A stretch of DNA of 64,000 nucleotides from Candidatus Oxydemutatoraceae bacterium. GTDB taxonomy: Bacteria; Pseudomonadota; Gammaproteobacteria; Poriferisulfidales; Oxydemutatoraceae. Location of the stretch: contig OZ244717.1 of assembly GCA_965218975.1 (NCBI GenBank), forward strand, positions 832,001 through 896,000. Reading direction: 5' to 3'. Position 1 is the first letter of the stretch, and every line of letters starts with the position of its first letter. Positions 1 to 9,275 of this stretch are shown here, piece after piece. The notes under the pieces were generated by a model. It had not been told where the DNA came from. It saw only the letters and a list, made by a program, of their open reading frames with translations, and searched no databases. A program made the position numbers and the translations under genes.

Positions 1-1
1 T

Positions 2-121
2 TACGTGAATGAATTTGCCGGACGCCATAACATTCGTGAATCAGACACGATTGAACAAATGACGTTCTTGGCGCAAGGTGTGGTGGGGAAACGTCTGCCC
101 TATAGGGAGTTGGTGGCATGA
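2..121 (+). CDS. IS1595-family transposase, C-terminal fragment (truncated by window start)
   Basis: Manual translation YVNEFAGRHNIRESDTIEQMTFLAQGVVGKRLPYRELVA* contains the Y..EF..R.N and GKRL.Y..L motifs of IS1595 transposases; its stop overlaps the MTase start (ATGA). Confidence 0.85.
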   Translation, partial: YVNEFAGRHNIRESDTIEQMTFLAQGVVGKRLPYRELVA

Positions 122-1092
122 AAGAAAGAGCACCAAGAAATCAAACATTGACATGTAGTTTGGAGGAAAAAACGCATTTGTCTGCTAAAATCCTTTATGC
201 GGATAATCTGAATCATGGTGAGAATGTTGGTGAAAAAATCATTTGTGGTGACATATTTAAGGTTGTAGAAAACCTTCCCCAAAAGTTTGTTGATCTATTG
301 ATTTTGGACCCCCCCTACAATCTCTCGAAAAACTATAATGGGCATCTTTTCAAAGAAAAAGATAAAGTCGAATACCAAGAATGGTTCGAGCGTGTTGTTT
401 TGCTTTTAACTCCGACACTGAAATCAACTGCAACCGTATATGTTTGCTCTGATTGGAAAACCTCTATTCTTATTGTTCCAATCCTCGAAACATATTTTCA
501 TGTTCGCAACCGAATCACTTGGGAGAGAGAAAAAGGACGTGGAGCGAGATCGAATTGGAAAAACAACACTGAGGACATCTGGTTCTGTACGGTTTCCAAT
601 GATTATTACTTCGATGTGGCTTCTGTAAAATTGAAGCGAAAGGTACTTGCACCATACAGGGTTAACGAGAAACCTAAAGATTGGTATCAGGACGAAAATG
701 GGAATTATCGTCTCACTTACCCTTCTAACATTTGGACTGATGTAACTATTCCCTTTTGGTCAATGCCTGAAAATACTGATCACCCTACTCAGAAACCTGA
801 AAAACTCATCGCCAAACTTGTTCTTGCTAGTTCAAAAGAGGGAGATTTTGTATTCGATCCATTTTTGGGTAGTGGAACGACAACCACGATTGCTAAAAAA
901 CTCGGAAGGAATTTTTGTGGGATAGACATCAATGAGGAGTACTGCTGCTGGGCAGTTAAACGTCTAAAAATGGCCGCTTCCGATAGGACAATTCAAGGAT
1001 ATGTAGACGGCGTTTTTTGGGAGAGAAATTCTCTTGCTGAGCAGCCTGTGAACGTAGCACAATCTTTAAAACAAGAAAAACTTTTGTTGTGA
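118..1092 (+). CDS. Site-specific DNA methyltransferase, N4/N6 beta class
   Basis: DPPYN catalytic motif precedes HPTQKP and the DPFLGSGTT SAM-binding motif. Confidence 0.93.
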   Translation: MKERAPRNQTLTCSLEEKTHLSAKILYADNLNHGENVGEKIICGDIFKVVENLPQKFVDLLILDPPYNLSKNYNGHLFKEKDKVEYQEWFERVVLLLTPTLKSTATVYVCSDWKTSILIVPILETYFHVRNRITWEREKGRGARSNWKNNTEDIWFCTVSNDYYFDVASVKLKRKVLAPYRVNEKPKDWYQDENGNYRLTYPSNIWTDVTIPFWSMPENTDHPTQKPEKLIAKLVLASSKEGDFVFDPFLGSGTTTTIAKKLGRNFCGIDINEEYCCWAVKRLKMAASDRTIQGYVDGVFWERNSLAEQPVNVAQSLKQEKLLL

Positions 1093-1757
1093 AATCATCT
1101 TTTTATTACGACGGTCATTATCAAGATGTGGCTGATAAAATTAGAGACTATATCAATGCCTCTCCCGATTTTCTTTCTCCTCAAACAATTGGGAGTCCTA
1201 GAGCTACCGGAGATGCAATAGAATCACTGATTTCAGAAAAGTTTGATACGTTTTTGGGTGACTGGTGTGTTGAATATTCAAGTGATTTTGCTCGTAGGGC
1301 CATGGCTGATCTTGCCTTCACCGATAAGGAACAATTCTATTCTGTTGTTGATGTAAAGACACATAGAGAGAACACGGTATTTAACATGCCGAATCTGACA
1401 TCCGTAGAAAGATTAGCAAGGTTTTATAAAGCGGATGTCAATGTGTTTTCGTTGATCATGGTGAAATATATCATCGACAAGACTCATTTTAGAGCTACGG
1501 AAGTCATTTATTCTCCTATTGAATATCTGGACTGGGGGTGTTTAACGGTAGGCGCATTAGGATGGGGACAGATTCAAATAGCCAATTCCAATTACATTAA
1601 AATAAATCATGGGTATTCACGTAAAAAATGGATGCTTCAATTTTGTGATGTCATGCTCGATTTCTATCCCAAAGAAATTCTGAAAATAAAGGATCGTACA
1701 GGGAGATTTGACACGGTGAAAGCCTATTGGGAAGCAAAAGAAGATGTGTGGAATTGA
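1089..1757 (+). CDS. Putative type II restriction endonuclease, PD-(D/E)xK
   Basis: Overlaps the MTase stop by 4 nt (GTGA); MADLAF...VDVK catalytic-like motif; 222 aa. Confidence 0.7.
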   Translation: MKSSFYYDGHYQDVADKIRDYINASPDFLSPQTIGSPRATGDAIESLISEKFDTFLGDWCVEYSSDFARRAMADLAFTDKEQFYSVVDVKTHRENTVFNMPNLTSVERLARFYKADVNVFSLIMVKYIIDKTHFRATEVIYSPIEYLDWGCLTVGALGWGQIQIANSNYIKINHGYSRKKWMLQFCDVMLDFYPKEILKIKDRTGRFDTVKAYWEAKEDVWN

Positions 1758-1808
1758 GAGCATGGAATTCTGTCTTGAATAAGGACTTTGATCAAGTAAC
1801 AATTCATT

Positions 1809-1973
1809 ATGAAACCCCCTAAAAAGACCACCAAACCCAAACGTCCCCGTGGTCGTCCAGTGATACGAATCATCGAGAAGATTGACGCGCCACCCGAAGA
1901 GATTGTCAAAGCCGTCTTTCGGGTGGCGGACCGAAAGCAGAGTGATCGGAATAATGGTAGTCGTGGCACTTGA
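1809..1973 (+). CDS. Small basic protein with AT-hook-like KRPRGRP motif (54 aa)
   Basis: Manual translation MKPPKKTTKPKRPRGRPVIRIIEKIDAPPEEIVKAVFRVADRKQSDRNNGSRGT; below the ORF track cutoff. Confidence 0.55.
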   Translation: MKPPKKTTKPKRPRGRPVIRIIEKIDAPPEEIVKAVFRVADRKQSDRNNGSRGT

Positions 1974-1977
1974 GCGT

Positions 1978-2006
1978 TTGACACATTCAAAGCGTAACTG
2001 TACTAT
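1978..2006 (+). promoter_or_regulatory. Sigma70-like promoter
   Basis: TTGACA (1978-1983), 17 nt spacer, TACTAT (2001-2006), upstream of the ORF at 2049. Confidence 0.65.
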
Positions 2007-2048
2007 CATTTCTGGATGTTTCGTCAGGGGCAGCGAAAAGGAATAACA

Positions 2049-2342
2049 ATGAGCTATGTAAAGCCACAAGATGTTGTCAGTCCACAAGAGCGGTGGAAAC
2101 TTAGTCGCGTCCTCTATGACGGCGGAGAGGGTGAGTGGTCTGCCGCAACAGGGTCGTGGAAGAACGACGAGACGGGGGAGGGGAAGGTTCTGGCTATTCG
2201 CTGGAATGGAGAGGGGGAGAATGCAATAGGGCACCCACAATCGTCCGGCCATGCCGTATGGTTTATCGTTCCCGACAAATTGGCGTGCGTCTTACGAGTA
2301 GTGATTAAAGTGATTGCTCTTCTGTCGAAGCGATTAAAGTGA
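2049..2342 (+). CDS. Hypothetical protein (IS1595 passenger)
   Basis: ATG at 2049 with AAGGA upstream; globular-looking sequence (LAIRWNG...GHPQSSGHAVWFIVP). Confidence 0.65.
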   Translation: MSYVKPQDVVSPQERWKLSRVLYDGGEGEWSAATGSWKNDETGEGKVLAIRWNGEGENAIGHPQSSGHAVWFIVPDKLACVLRVVIKVIALLSKRLK

Positions 2343-2796
2343 TTGATTTTCTGTCGAAGCCGTGAAGAATTATGTCTAGAAATGTATATAATTCCCTTCT
2401 CGATCTAGCTAGCCTCTCAAGCCATCATCATGATGCGATGATGATAACACTGTAGCGAATCGGTCAAATATTCTTTGAGTTGAATCTGCTTAGTCTTTTG
2501 AAATTTTCCGGAATGCCGATATCCTCCCATATTCCGGTGTATTGTTCGCCGCTGACCCGATTTGTTTCAATCGCAGGTTTCAGCACCTCGGTTAGCTGAA
2601 ACGGCCGTTGCGATTGCGGTTCAAATAATGCTGCGCGGTAATAGCCGATTCCAGAGAAAGTCAAGCGCAAGTCCGAATGCGGATGATTCATACAAACGGT
2701 ACCATTTTTCAAATGAAAATCCCCCTGACGATGGTGAGGCGGATTAGGTACCAAAATCAGATACGCGAGGCATTGTTCGGGTAGAGTAATTGGTTT
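2218..2796. repeat. Left copy of 579-bp direct repeat flanking IS1634
   Basis: 2254-2796 matches 4369-4911 at offset 2115; the first 36 bp are diverged but codon-aligned. Confidence 0.9.
2464..2796 (-). pseudogene. murU: Duplicated 3' fragment of murU
   Basis: Matches the C-terminal part of the 4579-5256 gene; cut at the IS end. Confidence 0.9.
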
Positions 2797-4332
2797 CTTG
2801 ACTTCGTAGGTTTTGACCTTTGGGCAAAAAATAAATCCTTTATTATCATAGGGTTACCCGGACGCTGCCGAAAAACCCTATTGTAGTGCCCCCAGGCTTG
2901 TTTTCACTTGGATTTAGGGTTATCATTCGGGTCTATGTACTTGCGTGAAAAATATGATCCCGAACGTGGCCGCACTCGCTTGCAGATTGTACGTTCCGTG
3001 CGCACTGCCGATGGTCCCCGTCAGCGTGTGGTGCGGCATATCGGCACTGCCGACAGTCCCGAGCAGCTTGCATCTTTGCGCAAGCTCGGCGAGGTCACCT
3101 TGGAAGAGCTGCGCCAAGCCGGTACAGCACAGCAATCGCTGTTCACACCAAAGCAGTACGCGGATCTCGCAGCTGAGGCACGGCGCGCACCGCGTTTGGC
3201 GCGCTTCGGGGTAGATCTTGCCGAATGCCGTGAGGAGATGCGGCTGATACTTGGGGTGCGCGAGGCGTTCACGCAGATTTATTCGCACTTGGGTTGGAAC
3301 CAGGTGTTGGGGCGCGGCGCACAGTAGCGAACCGCATCCTGCGCGAGCTGGTACTGGCGCGTATCGCACAGCCGCAGAGCAAGCGCGCTACGGTGTGCGA
3401 GCTCGAACGAAGCGGCGTTTCGCTCAATCTCGACCGGGTTTACCAGACTATGGATCACCTTGAGGAGGCGGTGATCGCACGCATCCGGGAACAGTCTCAT
3501 CAGGCGGCACAAAAGTTGTATGATCAGCCCCTCAAGGTGTTCTTCTTTGATTGCACGACCCTGTACTTCGAGAGCGAGCAAGAGGACCCGTTGCGCGCGA
3601 AAGGTTATAGTAAGGACGGCAAGCCGCACCGCTGCCAGGTGTTACTGGCACTGATGACGACCTGCGACGGTCTGCCGGTGGACTACGCACTGTTGCCGGG
3701 CAACACCTTTGAGGGCAAAACCTTGATGCAGGCAGTGACAAGTCTGCAACAGAGACATCCGGGTGCTGTATTTACAGTAGTGGCCGATGCGGCGCGTTGG
3801 GACGGCCTGCGCGCAATCATCGCACACGGCAACGAGGAGATGGCGCCAAAGGAATTGCTGTCGCAGTACCGTCGGTTGTGGGAAGTAGAACATTGCTTTC
3901 GCACTAACAAGCATGACCTTTGCATCCGCCCGATCTTTCACTGGAAGCCGCGGCGTATCCAGGCGCACATTGCGATCTGCTATATGGCCTTCTGCTGCTT
4001 GCAGCAGCTGCGCCGGCGGCTCAAAGCGCTAGGCTTCCCGATGAGCGCGGAGCGGGTCCGGCGCGAGCTCGACACCTTGCAGTTGAGCATCTTGGCACAT
4101 ACCGACACACAGAAGCGGTATGCGATGCCGAGCCGCGCGAGCGCAGACGCCAACAGGATCTACCGTAGTGTCGGCCTGAAATGGAACGAAGCTCCGTTCC
4201 CGCTTCCCGACAAGTCACGCCCTGGGGGAAGCTGAGCGCGGAGGGCTACAAACAACACCGTAATGTAGTGCCCTTGAGAATCCTGAAGGCAATAATATCA
4301 ATCACTTACGAGACAAAACCTACGAAGTCAAG
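2797..4332 (+). mobile_element. IS1634-family element, defective copy (1536 bp)
   Basis: 19-bp terminal IRs CTTGACTTCGTAGGTTTTG / CAAAACCTACGAAGTCAAG; near-identical to 36172-38083 minus 376 bp. Confidence 0.93.
2935..4235 (+). pseudogene. IS1634 transposase with 1-bp frameshift (near 3311) and 375-bp in-frame deletion
   Basis: Split ORFs 2908-3327 and 3294-4235; VVADAA is joined directly to RWDG relative to the intact copy. Confidence 0.92.
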
Positions 4333-4911
4333 AGAATCCGCTTGGTCATCCAATTTCCCGCTCTCGTCCCGTATGGTTTATCGTTCCCGACAAATTGGCG
4401 TGCGTCTTACGAGTAGTGATTAAAGTGATTGCTCTTCTGTCGAAGCGATTAAAGTGATTGATTTTCTGTCGAAGCCGTGAAGAATTATGTCTAGAAATGT
4501 ATATAATTCCCTTCTCGATCTAGCTAGCCTCTCAAGCCATCATCATGATGCGATGATGATAACACTGTAGCGAATCGGTCAAATATTCTTTGAGTTGAAT
4601 CTGCTTAGTCTTTTGAAATTTTCCGGAATGCCGATATCCTCCCATATTCCGGTGTATTGTTCGCCGCTGACCCGATTTGTTTCAATCGCAGGTTTCAGCA
4701 CCTCGGTTAGCTGAAACGGCCGTTGCGATTGCGGTTCAAATAATGCTGCGCGGTAATAGCCGATTCCAGAGAAAGTCAAGCGCAAGTCCGAATGCGGATG
4801 ATTCATACAAACGGTACCATTTTTCAAATGAAAATCCCCCTGACGATGGTGAGGCGGATTAGGTACCAAAATCAGATACGCGAGGCATTGTTCGGGTAGA
4901 GTAATTGGTTT
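4333..4911. repeat. Right copy of 579-bp direct repeat (includes second IS1595-like end at 4511 and murU 3' end)
   Basis: Matches 2218-2796. Confidence 0.9.
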
Positions 4912-5256
4912 GGGTTGCCAATCCGTATAAATGTCGCTGTTTATTACCAGCCATGGACTATCGCCGAGCAAAGGCAGCGCTTTGCGAATTCCGCCACCGG
5001 TTCCCAGTCGTTGATCCCCTTCATCCGACCAGCGGATACGTACACCATAACGATTGCCGTCGCCTAAATCATTCATAATTTTTGTGCGCAAATGAGAAAC
5101 ATTGATTACAATCTCATTGAATTGGGCTTGTTTAAGTCGTCGGATATGTCTTCCAATTAAAGTTTCCCCACCGATTTTTAACAGAGGTTTGGGCGTGGTA
5201 TCAGTCAAAGGTCTGAGCCGTTCGCCGCGTCCGGCAGACAGAATCATCGCTTTCAT
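4579..5256 (-). CDS. murU: N-acetylmuramate alpha-1-phosphate uridylyltransferase
   Basis: MKAMILSAGRGERLRPLTDTTPKPLL nucleotidyltransferase motif; coupled to amgK. Confidence 0.9.
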   Translation of the reverse strand: MKAMILSAGRGERLRPLTDTTPKPLLKIGGETLIGRHIRRLKQAQFNEIVINVSHLRTKIMNDLGDGNRYGVRIRWSDEGDQRLGTGGGIRKALPLLGDSPWLVINSDIYTDWQPKPITLPEQCLAYLILVPNPPHHRQGDFHLKNGTVCMNHPHSDLRLTFSGIGYYRAALFEPQSQRPFQLTEVLKPAIETNRVSGEQYTGIWEDIGIPENFKRLSRFNSKNI

Positions 5257-6227
5257 TTCTTGCTTGGCAGCTGACGTATCAATTCGCATACATCCGCAAA
5301 TTCCGGATCATGCTTCAAACCATCAGTAATGTAGCGGAGAGTGTGTGGAATGTCTTTTAAATAACCGGCTTTATTGTCACGATGATATAAACGCGCAAAA
5401 ATGCCGCTTGCTTTGAAATGCCTTTGTGCCCCCATTAAGTTGAAGCGATGCTTGAAAGTTTCAGAGGTGAAATTACTTGTTGAATAATTGGGCGATCGTT
5501 CCTGAAAATAGCTAACCCATCCGTCAATCTTATCTGGCGACCAAGCAATGTAGCAATCTTTGAGTAGCGATACCAAATCATACGTTATCGGGCCGGCCAC
5601 TGCATCTTGGTAATCTAGTACGCCAATTGTATCTTCTGCTTCAATCAGCAGTAAGTTACGCGAATGATAGTCGCGATGAATAAATACCGCAGGTTGTGTC
5701 GCCGCATTTTCCGCAAGTTTTTTGAATGCGGTTTCAAAGATCCGCCGGTGACGTGTTCCCAATTCGATTCTCAGATGTTTAGCGCAATACCATTGCGGAA
5801 ATAAACGCATTTCATCCATTAACGAGGTCTCGTCAAATAGCGGCAGCCCGTTAAAGTCTGCGGTTTGAATTTTCAGCAACGCATCAATTGCTTTACGATA
5901 AAGCCGGTCGGCATTTTTTTCGTTTAAGCAATTTAAGAATAGTGTGTCGCCGAGGTCATCTAGTAATAAAAAACCACATTGAATGTTTTGTGAATGAATA
6001 GCCGGGACACGAACGCCGGCTTGCATCAGACGCTGCGTAACATCAATAAAACCGGTGCAGTCTTCTTTCGCCGGCGGAGCGTCCATTAGAATATAGCATC
6101 CTGCGTCGCAGACAATTCTGAAGTAACGTCTGAAACTTGCATCATTCGTTAAAGGAACAAATTCATGCAGCGAGTGTCCGAGTGTTCCTGTAAGCCAACG
6201 CTTTGCCAATTCTTCTCTATTTTGCAT
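5253..6227 (-). CDS. amgK: Anomeric MurNAc/GlcNAc kinase (APH family)
   Basis: DASFRRYFR, HRDYHSRNL and DYQDA motifs; adjacent to murU. Confidence 0.9.
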   Translation of the reverse strand: MQNREELAKRWLTGTLGHSLHEFVPLTNDASFRRYFRIVCDAGCYILMDAPPAKEDCTGFIDVTQRLMQAGVRVPAIHSQNIQCGFLLLDDLGDTLFLNCLNEKNADRLYRKAIDALLKIQTADFNGLPLFDETSLMDEMRLFPQWYCAKHLRIELGTRHRRIFETAFKKLAENAATQPAVFIHRDYHSRNLLLIEAEDTIGVLDYQDAVAGPITYDLVSLLKDCYIAWSPDKIDGWVSYFQERSPNYSTSNFTSETFKHRFNLMGAQRHFKASGIFARLYHRDNKAGYLKDIPHTLRYITDGLKHDPEFADVCELIRQLPSKK

Positions 6228-6265
6228 AAAAGGCTGTTCCGGTTCAAAAACGATAGTATTATAGT

Positions 6266-8062
6266 GTGCGGATTGAACGATTTATTGTGATAGATTTTCA
6301 AATCAACGTAGAAAGTAGCGATACTTTACATTCTCTTTTCCAAAAACGTGTCAAAAAATCTCCTGACGCTCCGGCTTACTGTCAGTTTAATCCGTCTTCA
6401 GACATGTGGAAAACCTACACTTGGCACGAGTGTTCCGAGCAAGTCGCGCGGTATCGGCAGGCAATGCTGAGAGAAGGTTTAACCGCTGGTGATCGAGTTG
6501 CAATGATGTTGCACAATTGTATCGAATGGGTAGTTTTTGATCAGGCGGCGTTGAGTTTGGGCCTAGTAACTGTTCCTCTGTTTAGCGAAGATAATGCGAA
6601 TAGCTGTGCTTATATTCTGCGCGATGCCGGGGTACGTTTATTATTGGTTGGGAATCAACGTCAGTTAGAGAAAATTCAATCGCAAAGGGAATTTGCGACA
6701 GACTTAAGTAGAGTGGTTTGCTGCGAGACTTTGACGACTTGCGGGAATAGCAGTGTCGTATGTCTTGCCGATTGGCTCGCTGCATCCGATGTCCGAGCAA
6801 GCGAAGCCGACTGTTTTACAGGAGAAGAAACTTCTGCAATATCTGCCGACACATTGGCGACATTGGTTTATACATCGGGCACCACCGGACAGCCTAAAGG
6901 CGTGATACTTACGCACAAAAATATTGTTTCAAATGTTCGATTCGTCAGCCGAATATTTGATTTTCACTCGGATGATCTGTTTCTTTCTTTTTTGCCTTTG
7001 TCGCACATTTTTGAACGAGTTGCGGGTTATTACATGACGATGTTGTTCGGTTCTCGCGTTGTTTTTGTGCGGTCGATTGCCAAGCTGCAGGAAGATCTTT
7101 GCCGGCATCGTCCCACAGTATTGTTATCGGTGCCAAGAATTTACGAACGCATCCATACAAAATTACGACAGAAGTTTTCGTTACCACCCCTGCGTTTATT
7201 GTTACGGTTATGCGTCGCAATCGGTTATAGACGTTATCGGCGCATGCAAATAGGGAAGCCGATATATTGGTTAAAACCGGCATGGTGGGTTTGCGATAAA
7301 ATTGTTGCCGAAAAAATACGTGCAATCCTTGGTGGCAGAATTCGTTGCGCCGTCGTGGGGGGAGCGCCGATGCCGGCGGAAATTGCGCACATCTTTCTTG
7401 CTTGCGGTGTTCCGATTTATCAAGGGTACGGTTTGACCGAAGCGTCGCCGGTGGTTGCCGTCAACCGACCGCAGAACAATTTACCTGAGAGCATCGGTCC
7501 TCCTATCCCCGAGATAGAAGTTCGGATAGATGAGCGGCATGAATTGCTGACACGTAGTGATTGTGTGATGCAAGGGTATTGGGGTTTGCCCGAGGCGAGC
7601 AAGCAGGCAATTGATAAACATGGGTGGTTGCACACAGGCGATATGGCAAGTATGGATCAAGAAAAAAGGCTGTTTATTACCGGACGGATTAAAGAAATTA
7701 TTGTGATGAGCAATGGTGAGAAAGTGCCGCCGGTAGATATCGAGATGGCAATTACATCGGCAGGACTGGTTTCGCAGGCGATGGTTTATGGAGAAGGTCG
7801 CCCTTTTTTAATTGCTTTGGTAGTGCCGGTCGAGGAAATGATAGGATATGAGGATACGGTGACACTCAGTGCGGCACTGAGAAAAGCAATCGCAAAAGAG
7901 TTAAAAAATTTCCCCGTGTATGCGCGTATTCGCCGTGTACTGATTGTGCAAGCGCCTTGGACAGTTGAAAATGGCATGTTAACACCGACTTTGAAATTAA
8001 AGCGCGCATCAATTATTGCCGCGCACCAAAATGAGATCGAAGCGGTTTATCGTGCGTTTTAG
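6266..8062 (+). CDS. Long-chain fatty acid-CoA ligase (AMP-dependent synthetase)
   Basis: YTSGTTGQPKG, GYGLTE, WLHTGD and LTPTLKLKR motifs; start codon uncertain. Confidence 0.9.
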   Translation: MRIERFIVIDFQINVESSDTLHSLFQKRVKKSPDAPAYCQFNPSSDMWKTYTWHECSEQVARYRQAMLREGLTAGDRVAMMLHNCIEWVVFDQAALSLGLVTVPLFSEDNANSCAYILRDAGVRLLLVGNQRQLEKIQSQREFATDLSRVVCCETLTTCGNSSVVCLADWLAASDVRASEADCFTGEETSAISADTLATLVYTSGTTGQPKGVILTHKNIVSNVRFVSRIFDFHSDDLFLSFLPLSHIFERVAGYYMTMLFGSRVVFVRSIAKLQEDLCRHRPTVLLSVPRIYERIHTKLRQKFSLPPLRLLLRLCVAIGYRRYRRMQIGKPIYWLKPAWWVCDKIVAEKIRAILGGRIRCAVVGGAPMPAEIAHIFLACGVPIYQGYGLTEASPVVAVNRPQNNLPESIGPPIPEIEVRIDERHELLTRSDCVMQGYWGLPEASKQAIDKHGWLHTGDMASMDQEKRLFITGRIKEIIVMSNGEKVPPVDIEMAITSAGLVSQAMVYGEGRPFLIALVVPVEEMIGYEDTVTLSAALRKAIAKELKNFPVYARIRRVLIVQAPWTVENGMLTPTLKLKRASIIAAHQNEIEAVYRAF

Positions 8063-8098
8063 GTTATCGCCCCGGCATATTACAAGTACAATAATGCG

Positions 8099-8776
8099 AT
8101 GAAACACAAAGGTTGCTTTTTTGCCGGCGTTGCTTACTTTTCATTGGTAAGTTTGATTCCGGTCGTATCGGCGACTCAAGACAGTCCGCATCCGGTCTTC
8201 GACGTTACCGAAGAAAAGTATCGTGCGCCGATTGATTTGACATCGGAATCTCTTGAAGATTTGCTCGCATTAAAAGAGTTTTATTTACGCGAAATGAAAA
8301 TTTTGATGCAGGCGGTGGAAACTAAAACCGATCAAAAAAAATTATTTGATGCGTTACTCGAATATGATCTCAAGCGGTTAGAGATTATTCAGGTCATTCC
8401 GAAAATTGTCCGAGTCTATGGCATCCGCGGCGAGCTAATGCAAAGTTTGTTCAAATACCGTGAAACCATTCAGCATATATATGATGATTATCATCCGCAG
8501 CTAGAGACACTTGAGGATTACAAAGCATACGATTTTCGTATAGGTATGGCGTATGCGTCGATGTTTGCAACGATTATGAACACCGATCATGAGCTGTATC
8601 AACGACTACGTAATGATATGACAAACAAAACGACAACTATCGGCGACTATGTAGAAAGTTTGGATCAATCATATATTAACGTTGAAAGGGTTAACTCCGA
8701 AGTCAGGGAATTTCATCTAGTGCGGCAAATTGACAAAGAATTGGAGCGAATTAATCAGGAAATAGAAGAGCGTTAA
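8099..8776 (+). CDS. Hypothetical exported helical protein
   Basis: N-terminal signal-peptide-like segment (…PVVSA); 225 aa open frame. Confidence 0.65.
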   Translation: MKHKGCFFAGVAYFSLVSLIPVVSATQDSPHPVFDVTEEKYRAPIDLTSESLEDLLALKEFYLREMKILMQAVETKTDQKKLFDALLEYDLKRLEIIQVIPKIVRVYGIRGELMQSLFKYRETIQHIYDDYHPQLETLEDYKAYDFRIGMAYASMFATIMNTDHELYQRLRNDMTNKTTTIGDYVESLDQSYINVERVNSEVREFHLVRQIDKELERINQEIEER

Positions 8777-8868
8777 TGTTTTATTTTGTAAGCGCTGCCG
8801 AACAAGTTTAAGGATATTTTCGATATCGATATCCGATCATTCGCAACAAGTAATTTTCTTTTCCGAAG

Positions 8869-8998
8869 CAACAGCGGTCGCTTGAATCAAGCGGTCGGTG
8901 TGCCGTTGCAGGCATTTCTTGTATTGTCTCCTATTCTTTGTATTTTCTTTGTGAAAATTTAACCTGTCCAACCTAATTCGGTGGCGATGTAATTAATT
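8869..8998. repeat. Decayed left copy of target duplication (ppc 3' end and terminator)
   Basis: Matches 26781-26941 with a 31-bp deletion and several substitutions. Confidence 0.88.
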
Positions 8999-9275
8999 CT
9001 TGACTTCGTAGGTTTTGGCTCGTAAGTGATTGCCCATGAGTGATTGTGCCAATTGCCCTCAGGATTCTTAGGGGCATTACATTGACAGTGTTGCTTGCGA
9101 CGCTCCCGTGCTCAGCTTCCTCCAGGACGTGACTTGCTCGGAAGCGGGAACGGAGCTTCGTCCCATTTCAGACTGACGCTACGGTAAATCCTGTTGGCGT
9201 CCGCGCTCGCGCGGCTCGGCATCGCATACCGCTCGAGCATGTCGGTACGTACCAAGATGCTCAACTGCAAGGCGT
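8999..9275 (-). pseudogene. IS1634 right end with the last ~54 transposase codons
   Basis: LQLSILV...RYAMPSRASADANRIYRS...EAPFPLP matches the C-terminus of the 36310-37986 transposase. Confidence 0.9.

Larger units (their letters stand above)
1..2396 (+). mobile_element. IS1595-family element with passenger genes (right part)
   Basis: Transposase tail, then passenger ORFs, ending in ATGTATATAATTCCC (2382-2396), which resembles IS1595-type termini; the left end is outside the window, so the IR pair cannot be verified. Confidence 0.65.

Noticed and set aside
2303-2360. 29-bp imperfect tandem duplication near the IS1595 end
   Set aside because: Likely slippage at the 3' end of the passenger ORF; no evidence of function.
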